This document shows positions 52,017 through 62,804 of a DNA stretch of 64,000 nt, in pieces. This DNA is from Amoebophrya sp. A120 (taxonomy: Eukaryota; Protista; Dinoflagellata): the NCBI GenBank assembly GCA_905178155.1, contig CAJINV010000006.1:3712255-3776254 (forward strand). Direction: 5' to 3'. The notes under the pieces were generated by a model. That model had not been told where the DNA came from. It was given only the letters and a program-made list of their open reading frames with translations, and did not search any database. A program made the translations under genes and the position numbers. How positions within the stretch are numbered: position 1 is the first letter of the stretch; the number at the start of each line of letters is the position of its first letter.

Positions 52017-55000
52017 TACCAAATGTGAAAGCGCCCGGGAGCAGCTCTTGGAAACGCTCGCCGCACCGGCCACAGTTCTTCTGATCCTCTTCTCGGTCGG
52101 CGTTACCTGAAGTGGTTGATGTTGTGTTCTTCGGAACAATCATCTTATGCATAAAAAGCATGACAGACACAGACTGTACGTAATGTTTTTCCTACATGAG
52201 AAATCAACCACGACCGGATGAACCAAGTTGTATTAATTAGTAGTACACAATCCCGCTTTTCCGTTCCTACACGGGCACTTTTCCCTTCGCAGCAGCGCAT
52301 CTAGTAGCCCGTCGTCCTCTAACCCTTGCAGGTCGTCTGCGTCTCCCACATAAAGCCCGTCGATGAAAATCTATGAAATGCAAATATCCCGGGATGTCTG
52401 GAAGATTGCAACTTGAACTTCTCATGCTAAATCTGAATAGTGAAAAAATCTGTCTTGCATGAGCACCAAAAGCTGTCCTTTTTTGACCAGGTTGAGAGGG
52501 AGTTTCTCATGCAGCATAGGCATGGGAGAGACCTCAAAGAATCTGTCATGCTGGGTCCCGCACTCCAGACCTCATGGGTTATGGAAAATCTACATGACAA
52601 ATCTTGCAACTACCTTCCAGACCCAGACATATTTGCATTTGATAAAATCTGGGGTAGTATCAAATCGTCATCGTCGTCGGTGTGGAGCCTCCTCCATTTC
52701 GACTGCTCCGGTTTTGAAAACGAAAAATTCTTCGATCGGTGCAGATTTTTAGATGCAAGAATAAAGCGATGGTTTTGTTGTATCCGGTTCGTTGTTCTCC
52801 TGATTTTGTGTAAGTCACTATCCTGCTCGTCTCCTCGTCAGAATGCAAAGTTGACTCGTCCTTCTCCTTACCCTCGAGCGATGTTGATTCGCGTTGAATA
52901 AACAAACACTTTACGCAAACTCTGATGCGAAGATGCCGAACCAAGTTTTTTTCGTTTTCGTATGCTGGAAAGTTTCGCTATTGCCTTGCCCTGGACGACG
53001 GTAGCTGTGATTTTATTTTTCATGAATTTGTTGGATCATGATTCGGGTGTTGAATTATTTTATGCTGTGGTGCGGTGCTGGTGAAGCATGTTCACACGTA
53101 TGACAACAACTAACCACGACGACCATACACTCCTATCCACTACGCTTTCTTCACCAGGCACAGAGAGCATACTTGTAACGCCCCGCAAACTACTCGCTAC
53201 AAAAGATGGATTTCGATAATTATATACTTTGTGCCCTCGCGTCCCGGTTGAAGTCGATGATTTTAAAGTGCGCTCGTTTTATTTCCAGCAAATCCCGGGC
53301 GCGCTGTCCCGCGTTGAACTCCGTTCGTTTTGTTCCCAGTGTCGTTATCAGGACCACCACTTCCGCCGTATACGCGGCGGAGGGCTTCACGCGGACCTCG
53401 GGGAGAGACATGCCTCGGTAGAACAGGGAATTCTGGTAATAGCGGGAGCTGAACTTCTGCTGCTCGTCTTGTTGAGCTGTAGATCTAGCCCCTTCTGGTG
53501 TAGTCCCTCCTTCTGCAAGAAGTTCTTCTCCGTCCTCTGAGCTAGTACAAGAACTGGCTGCTGTGCTAGTAGGACTTCTTGTTGCACTGATGTAGTTTTT
53601 GTCGTTACAGTTGTTCTCTCTTTCCGATCCGTGGTCCACCCCGGAGGACTCCTCGTGGTCTTCTTCTTCAAGTTCTTCTAGCCGATCTTCACCGCGGTCT
53701 ACCGAATCTTCCTCACTATTGCGCCTCGGCCTAGCCCCCGGAGTGGTGCTGGTGTCTCCAACTGCGCCAAATAGTACCGCTGTAGCAGCAGAACGGCTGG
53801 AGGTTTTGATTCGAGGGGAGGTTGTTCGTAGTTTTGAAGTCGTGTTGGATGAAAGGAGTGGTTCTACTTCAGGGTCGACGTCATGTTGATCTTCTTCGGG
53901 TGTGGAGGTCGTCGCAGCCGCCGGAGACGATGAAGTAGTTATTTTTGGGTCTGTTAACTCTACTTGCTGCGTAAAATTTTGTGTGAATGATGAACAGGGT
54001 GCAGAAGATAAGACCTCGTCGCGGGGGCGGCGGGACAAAGACGAAATATTTTCTTCAGAGCGATCTTTGTCTTCTTCACAAGAGTTCTCCGCGACTGCGG
54101 AACCGCTGGTGACGTGGACGTGCTCCGGATAATTACGAATGTTTTTCTTGTCGCTGGAATTATACAAATTGCCGAAGCTTGTTCTTTCCGGAGGTTCGGT
54201 GGAAGAAGTAGAAGAAGTACAAGCAGTCACAGGCAGCTCTTCGTGGTCTATTTGGTCCTGTTCCTCTACGTCTACTTCCAGTTCCTCTATAATTGAGTCG
54301 TCGACTGGAGGCTCAGCAGCTGCAGCAGACGACGGGGCGGGGGTGAAAGTGAAACAACTTTCTCTTCCTTCGTGAAGATCGTGGTGGTGGTCCTCCTCCC
54401 CGATACCAAATTCGTCACCTCTTTCGACGACGTCGTGATCCTCAGAACTGCTACTTCTACTGCTACCGGAGCTCACAGTGGTTCTGGGGGTAGGGTCCGG
54501 AGGTGTAGTAGAGACTCTTTCTACAACATCTACTCTGGGGCCGCCGTTCACGTTCTTAGGGTCCTCGTCAACGCTCCAGCTCAAGCTCTTGGTCGTGCTT
54601 ATATTTTTTCGCGGCAATACAGATGATCTGTCGACGTCGAAAACCTCTTCTGCAGCAAGTAGTGGCTTCACACCTACTTCTTCAGTGGATGTTGAGGTCG
54701 ACGTGCGCGTGGTTTCATTTAGTATCTTCGGAAAAATAAACTCCTCGTCCTGCACGAAAACCTCAGGCACTTCTAGATCATGACGGGGTTCGTCGACGCT
54801 CTCGCCCTGCTGAGCCGCCGCAGAGGACGCGGTTCTTTCGCTTAAACGAGCTGAAGGCCACGAGTTATCTTTGTTCGTGGCATCGAGAAGTGCAGCTCCT
54901 TCGTGGCCGGTACTACTATAATTCGCACGTAGTTCATTCGGGAAGTAGCTGTTCTTTAGGTGGTCCTTTTTTTGCTCTTGTGAAAAAACTACGGTATTTG

Positions 55001-55790
55001 AAACTTCTGAATTCTCTAATAAAAAGCAGCTACTTGTTGTTCTACTTCTATGTAGAGGTCCACCAGTACTAGTACCACCAACGTCTCGTCTTTCAGCTAT
55101 GAATTTCGTTTTTTCGGAGACAAAATCATAGCACGGACCACGTCGCCCTGGTTGGCGAGGCCGCTCGTCCACTTGTGCAGCAGCAGCAGCTTCTGGCCCT
55201 CGTACAACAACACTGTCCACTTCATCTAAAAGTACGTCTCGACTGCGACTGCGTGTGTAGTCTACGTGACCACAATGAGAACGAACAGCATAACTTCTCT
55301 CAGAACAAGTTTCAATATTATTGTAGTCCTTATAAAAAAAAGTAGAAGCACAGCTCCAGGTGGGAGACGATGGAGGGGAAATATGAAACCGCCGTGGGAC
55401 GGGCGGGGGCACCGTGTTGTTGGTTAATAACATAGTAGGTTTATTCTTGTAGCTGTCCTTCGGATTAGCGCTAGGAGTAGAACTGGTGTTTACTTCACCA
55501 GCAGTGGTAATTGTTGATGACGAAAAAACCTCCATAGAGACTTCTATGCTAGAACCTGAATGAAGCTCCATCGTCGGCGCGGTAGTCAACGTTTTCGTAT
55601 AATCAGCACCAGCTGCACGAGGTGGACCTGGTGAAGGAGGTCCTCGTGTGGCCTCTACAGCTGGTGGAAGAGCATCAGGAAGAGCCCCCACCTCTGCATC
55701 CTCATCATCTTGCGCAAAATCGAAGAAATTCAAGTGAATCTTTTTGTTCACACGACTGAAATTTCTGCGAGCAGGAGTTGCTGAGCTCAT
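52017..55790 (-). CDS. Protein with long acidic Ser/Thr-rich N-terminus and C-terminal glutaredoxin-like domain
   Basis: 856-aa first exon ending VVVLITTLGTKRTEFNAGQRARDLLEIK..FKIIDF. Later exons LILPQ-IFIDGLYVGDADDLQGLEDDGLLDALL joined across introner 52372-52644 (DR aaatc), then a CGRCG exon. Middle exons and 3' end unresolved (may extend to ~51768). Confidence 0.72.
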
Positions 55791-56790
55791 CTTCGATATA
55801 GTGCGTATTAAACGGTATAATAATTTTTTTTGAAAAATTTAAGATACCGGCTCGAAAGGTGAAACGAAAAAAAATCTATGACAAAGGCTGCAGAAGAACT
55901 AGCTACAGCTATCAAACTAGAATAATAAGAACGACCAAAAATCTTAACTCGATCTCCTCGCAGAGGTAAATTTACTCGAAGCGCAATGGTAATAGTTCCT
56001 CTCTCCATCCAAAAACGGTGCCTTATTTAAAATCTAAATTTCAACTTCTACCTTATAGTCGCTGAAGAGCTTTTGTTTGGCCAAAAATATAATAAAATGG
56101 CTGCGACCGCCGGACAACTACTGGTGACTTACCGTATTCTAAAATTTCGCGCACAGGAGCGAATAACAGCGCGCTTAAGCGTATTTATCTTCGACCGAAT
56201 TATGAATATGTCAGAACAATCAATGTTCTACTTGAGGTAGTTCTTGCATTTTTTATAAGGACCTTGACATCAATTTGGTGGTGTAGTGCCTGAACCGATC
56301 GCTATCTGAGAACAAGTTTTTGCACGACCTCGATCATCGCATTTGTTGTTTTCCCATTCACACGTCGGGGGCTCTTTCATGATGGATAGCGATAGAGTGA
56401 GTTTTTCTGTCCTTGACATTGTCTCAGTCGCATTAGGTCTTCTTGCGTCGGATTGTAGAAAGAGGGGAATGAGTCTCGTCATGATATTCTTTGCATTGGA
56501 CCAATTTGCAATGACACTGAGTCAACAGTAGATTCAACATCGTCATTACGGTCAGAAATTCGTGCATTGAAGTAGTTGTACTGTTCGTGCATTGAAGTAT
56601 AGTTGAACTTCTGCGATGAGCTAGTACCGTTGATTGATCGCGGACCTCGATCTGCTTGCACCTATCCTATTCGTTAGATGTAGATTTATCCGAATGCCCT
56701 TGTAGCAATGAAACACCGGAAGCGGAACAAGCAGGAGAAAATAAAACTGTCTGTGCACAGTAAGAGCATCGTGATCCGGAGCAAGAATTT

Positions 56791-59700
56791 TTATTCCCCG
56801 TAGGTCACCACCTGCAACGCCTCCGTGAGACAAACCACATCCACATCACAATAACCTCCGTAGCTTCTCGTGGTCTATCAACTGTAAAAATGTCCGGGTC
56901 TGGAAGAATTCATGTTTGTCATGCTTGTCCGGCATGACTCTTAAATCTGTCACGCACGTTACCCAAGAGCTCCGCTTTTCTGTGATGCAGAAGCGCAGTT
57001 TGTCATGCAGAATAGGCAACACCTAGGAGCTCAGAAACTTGTCATGCTGAGCCAGCATTTGTAGCCTCATCATGAGACGCCACCCAGCATCACAAGTTCC
57101 CAGACCCAGACATTTTTACATTTGATATGGTCGCCGTTTTCGTCCCAATCCCGTCCTTTGTAATCATCGCTCCGGCGTGCAAACTCCCCGCGTTGTGGAA
57201 GTATTCGAAATCACCTGTGGAAACTTGTGCTGCTGCAGAAGAAGAAGAAGCAGTAGAAAACGACGCCCCACTGCTTGTTGTTGTCGCGCCACCATTGTTG
57301 AAACTTGGCTTCTGTCGGAACAGGCAGTCAATCGCGGCTTTCCCGTTCATCAGCTTCTCTGCAAACGTTAGAAACGCATCTCGGTCCTGCCTCTTTTCTT
57401 CATCAGTTTTGTTCTTTCGCTCTGCTAAGATACCGTCGCAAGTGAAGTCAGCATGATTCTCGCCCGAGCCATCATCCTCAGTGCAGCCCCGAAATGCGGT
57501 GAAAATGGCTGCGTTGTTGAGGACTTTCGGGCTCAACTCTGCGGGGTGGATGTCGAAGTTGTTTTTCTCTTTACCGTTGTAAAAATCATCGATGCCCTTC
57601 TTTCCGTCAAACGCGAAATAGGTGATCGCCAATTTGCCCGCACAAAGAAACATCTTTTTCTTCACTGTGAAAGTGTCGGTCTCGATCAAATATGCATTGC
57701 AAAAGTGTCGTACTCGTATAAATGCATGACAAATTTCCTGAGCAAGAGAAATGGAATTTGTCATGCTGATTTGCCTTGGCAACAAGATTTGTAAATGCAA
57801 GACTTGCATTTATACGAGTACGATGCTTTTGCACAGGATATCAAATTCGAATCCGGCACCGGCTCTCCGAGTTTCTCCTCTAATTCCTCTTGCTGTATTT
57901 TCTCCTGTTTCCAGACCCGATACTCTTCGCTGTCGCCCGCGTGCACCACGACAAAAAGCATGTTGCGCCGGCGTGGTCGAACTCGTACTCGACCCACCAT
58001 TTCTTGCCCGTTCGCATCAAAAATTTTATATTCGTCTCTCACGTCAAATCGGATCTGTTGCGGCGAGTGCGCCACCTTGAAGAGTATCTCGTGCTTCGTG
58101 ACCAGCAGTTTTGTCTCGAAACAATTGTACACCATCCAGCTGTGGTTTACTTGCAGCCAGTGCTTGCCGGCGCCGGGGATATTAGTGGCCGCGTTGTTTA
58201 TGCTACTAGATCCAGTCGCATTCAAATTCATAGGGTAGATCCAGTTTGCCGCTTTCGACCGGACGCGGGAGTTGTTAGTCCTGTCTCGACCGGAGAAGGT
58301 GATGTAGTTTTTCTGGTCCTCTATAATTCCATTTCCAAGGAGCTGCTTGCCAGAAGTTGCGCCCCGTTCAATGGACGTCGAACTAGTACCGCAGGATGTT
58401 GTCCTGGTCAGCGAATCTTTGTCTTCGAGCAGCGTTGCGTTCGTAGTTCCTGCGGATGCTGTACAAGACGACGTGCTAGTAGATTTGTCGTGCTCATCAA
58501 CACTATGCTGGTGCAGCTCTCCTGCTTCTTTGTTAGTACTATCCGGCGGAGCTACCAACCCCAATTCCACGCACTGCTGGAACACCTCGAACCACTTAAA
58601 GTTATGAACTGCAAAAGTATCGCAATCGTATGAATGCTTGACAAATTATCCCAGCATGAGAAATAAAATTTGTAATGGTGATTTACGTTGAGAAAAAAAT
58701 TTGTAATGCATGATTGCAATACGAGTCGGATACTTTTCCACAGGATAAAAATGTGCTTCGTCGTAAAGGCGCTTGGCAAACTTGACCAAATCGTGCTTCC
58801 TGTATCCACAAAAAAAGAACCATCCCCATCCAATTTGTCAAGCAAAACGCGCATAAATTCCACTACTTGTCATGCAAAAAATGGATGGGGATGGCTGTGT
58901 TTTTCTTTTTGTGGATATCCTGCCGCTCTTGTCCACGACGAAGGGTAGCCTCGCGATCGGGAGTCTCTCCCTACGCTCCTCCGGAAAAAATGAAGGGTCG
59001 GTAGAGTTCATGTTGATGTTGTCCTCGGACTTTATCTTTAGTTCATGACGACTTTGGAGCTGAAGATTTTTCTCTTCGAAAGGGGAATTTTTCCGCAGGA
59101 CCGGAAGAGTTGTCTCCTCGCCGGGAGGCTGTTGTTCTCCTGCTTCGGTTTCTGCAGCGGTCGTCTTTGTTGATTCGGACTTTTGCAACAAGAGGAAGTC
59201 CTCGCATTCGTGTTCCTTTTCGTCCTGGCCGGATTTGTCTCTGTCGGTTTTAGTTTTTTGTAGCTCGCGGTCTCTATTTCCTTCGTCGGTATTGATGGGA
59301 AGATTGGCTGGAAGGTTATTTGGTTTCGTCTGGGTGTCATTTTCTGATTCTGATTTCGTATTTGCCGCGAAGTCGTTGTCAGAGTCATCATCTTCGCCGC
59401 AATCTGCCCGAAGAACATCCTCGCCGCAATCTGTCCGAAGAAGGCCAATAACTCCAGCTGTTCCTACAACTTGCTTGGTAGAGCTACTAGTTGTACCTGC
59501 TTCATTCGCAGTACTTGCGAATGCGGTGGGCTCGTCGCTTTTGTTGTTTGTGATGGGTGTATCTCTTTCATTGGCAATGTCCTCTCGCTTACCATCTCCA
59601 TTCCCATTGTTGGGTAATACACTTGCGCTACTTCCGTTAGAAGAAGAAGTACTAGATTATCCCACGAAAAAACTGTTTCACTGTGATGGTTTTGCAAGAT

Positions 59701-62700
59701 CTGCATCACAAGTTTGTATACACATGACACAGAGAATTTGCCATGCGCGTTTCCCAAGAGAAAACACGTTTAAGAAGCCATTGTGTTGCAGGTGTAGCAA
59801 CACAAACACTTTGGTGTTTCGTTGTCTGCATCACAGGTTCACAGTGAAACAGTTTTTTCTTGCGATATAGATGTTTTACTCTTCACAACCTGCTCCCCGA
59901 ACTCGGTCTCCCCGTATTCCACGTTGTCGCTGTTAAAACCTTATGCAATGCAAAAGCATCGCACGCGTAGTGATTGCAGTCATGCATTAGAAATTTTTTT
60001 CCTAAGGCAAATCCGCGTGACAAATTTCATTTCTCATGCTGAGGAAATCTGTAATGCATTTGTACGAGTACGATTATACTTTTGCACTTCATAACCCCTC
60101 TTTCTCCACATCCGGTAGGTGCACATTTCCCTCAACTCCGCCCTTGAACAGCAATATCACCAGAAAAAGTGTTAGCAAAGCTAACGAGAAGATCTAGCAT
60201 GCAGTCGTTCATGAGAACAACAACAAACCTATTGCACCACATGACAAAGAAACAGAAAGATCATTGTCATGCATCATGACTGAAATGTTGCCTCAAAGCC
60301 GTTCAAACCTCAAACACTCTTCTGGCTGATACGCATCTCCCTTTTCTCAAAGTCGAACGCGTAGGGCTCTATCGTCCAATGCTGGCGTCGGAACATGTCT
60401 TCCCACTGGGATTTGGATTTCTGCCCGAAGAGCAGCCACGCCTCGTAGTCCTCCAGGTTCAAACCAGGATGGAATTCCGCAAAGTCCCATGGTTTTTTGT
60501 CCCCAGAATAGTGAATCACCTTGAAGGTCTTCAGGGACGCATAGGTCGACGTTTTATTATTTGTACCGGACGAGGTCGGGTGGTTCTTGTTGGCGTCGCC
60601 TGTCGTGCTTGTTCGTGTAGTCTCTGCATGACAAGTTTCCGGCTCAACATCCTCGTCCTCCTCTTCTTCCAGATTCAAAATCGCGTTTTTCAAAAAGTTC
60701 ATCCGCCGCGACAAACCCCACTGCGTGTTCAGATGCGGCGCGAGTTCGTTGAACATTTGGTGAATCTGCCAGTTAAATATGCAATACAGATTTCCCGTAC
60801 ATGTACAAGATGCATCACAAATAATTTCACCAGTTTGGAGCCTAAAACTTGTCATGCTGAACTAGGATCGAAGCCAAGTTTTGTCATGCGGAGACCGCAT
60901 TTGTACGTGTGCGGGAAATTTACTGTGGATATTATAGGCGGGCGAGATGGCCACCCAGCGGTCGGCAAAAAACCGCGCCAAGTAGTCCTGTTCCGGACCG
61001 TTGCCCTTGATGTGTTCCGGGTGATTCTTATCCTGGATCTGCGACAGCATCGCCTCAAAGTGCTCTTGCGAAGGGGCAAGAAGCATCAGACCGGCGTTGA
61101 TCCCTCTCGACCGGCCCCAGGAGGAAAGCTGGCCGAACGGCGTCGGGGTGGAGCTTTTGTTGTATGCCCAGTAGGTCGTCTGGGTTGATGCCGAAGAGGA
61201 CGTTGCTGTGCCTGTGGTGCCGTTTTCTTGCAGATGAAGATGATCATGCGGGCCCTCCTGATCAACATCCGCCTGACCAGGACAGCACGAAGTTATGCCG
61301 TTTATTTCTTCTTTTTTCCTATCAAAATCCATTTCGAAATTCTGTGCGTCGTCGGAAATATCGGACAGTTCGTCGATCTCCCGCTCATACATTGCAAAAG
61401 TATCGTACCGGTATAGATTGCAATACAAATTTCCTTAGCATGAGAAATGGAATTTCAATTTGTCATGCGGATTTGCTTTAACAAAAAGATTTGCAATGCA
61501 AGACTTGCATTCATACGAGTACGATACTTTTGCAGAGGATACCGCTGCCTCTGTTGCCACGTTCTTTCCCTGCCACCGTAAAACAACTGCGCGCCGTCTA
61601 CCCATTCGCCATGGGCCCAATCTGCGTGCCCGGTGACCATCGCGCCAGGGGCGGGCAGGTCAAACAAATGGTCAAGGTCGTTCACGCACAGCATGTCAAT
61701 GTCCATTTGCACTACCTTGTCGAAATCGCTGCAAACCTCGAACAGCCGAAGCTTTGTGAACACGAAATCGAAACGATGCGCGCCCAATTGCGAGCGGGAA
61801 GTATAGGATGCAAGAAAGCAGAGAAAGTCGTTTTGAGCCACGAGAACGTAGTCGATGTTCTTGCATCAGGGCGACTTGTGCAAAAACTGTTGTCACTCCA
61901 TGGAGAGCTCCTGCCATCTTCAAATATGCATAAATTTCCATGCTGCACATCGAGGATCCTCTTGCAGTGAAGCTGTTGTGCATGACACCTGCCGTCGTTC
62001 TTGGCTCAAAATGCTATCACAAAGAAGTCACCTGTATCATACTCCCAGGTCCACAAGCTGTCTGCTTCATTGTTGACATGCCGGACCAGCCTGTTTCAAT
62101 AGATCAATTTGATTCATCACGACTGCACACAACTAGCAATACAAATCTCGTCCTTTGTCTTCATTGGAGAGACAGCTATACAAAATCCACGTGTTCAACT
62201 ACAGCAAGAAGAACACCAGCCCAAGAACAAATACCTGCACTCCCATCCTGCTTTTTCCAATCGCCGGCGGTTTTCCCGCGGCACGTCCTTCGTGTGAATG
62301 CACACCATTTTAATCTCCCCACTTGCCACTTTTGGGCAATTATTTTTCAGGGACTGTCCCAGAACGATGGCTCCATTGACGTACTTCAGCTTTTGTCCCC
62401 AGAGCGCGATTATCCTGTGCAAAAGTATCGTACTCGTATTGCAATCATGCAATTTAAGGTAATTTCGCATATACAAATTTTCTTTCTCATGCTGAGGAAA
62501 TTTGTAATGCATTTATACGAATATGATACTTTAACTTTTGCAGTTCATAGCGATGGTGTACGCGTACCGGAAGCCAACCTCCGGATTTTTCGGTTGGTTA
62601 AACAGGTGCTTAAATCTCGCTGCGGTATTGACAACATGTCGCGGAGCATCATTATTTTCAACATCTTCTAGCAGCGCTTCTCGGTTCTCGGGATGGGCCG

Positions 62701-62751
62701 CGTTTTCCACCTTCTGGACATACACCGGGCGGTGGCAATTGGGGCAGTTGG
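56791..62751 (-). CDS. Glycosyltransferase family 8 (glycogenin-like) protein with long C-terminal extension; 5' end beyond the window
   Basis: YVNGAIVLGQSL, FTKLRLF, FDKVVQMDIDML..DHLF, INAGLMLLAPS, PEQDYL, YN, VIHYSGDKKPW. Introners 62411-62549, 61386-61541, 60778-60931, 60155-60331, 59942-60093, 59658-59867, 58803-58917, 58603-58747, 57691-57840, 56876-57127. C-terminal junction frames only partly checked. Confidence 0.82.
56876..57127. mobile_element. Introner, family A, 252 bp
   Basis: DR tggtc. Reverse-orientation relative of 30183-30434. Confidence 0.93.
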
Positions 62752-62804
62752 AGACCTGTGAAATGCAAAAGCATCGCACTCGTATTGCAATCATGCATTA
62801 CAAA

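Noticed and set aside
61998-62012. TTGGCTCAA match to the dinoflagellate spliced leader (also ~20153)
   Set aside because: Only 8-9 nt, on the non-coding strand, and not upstream of a start codon.
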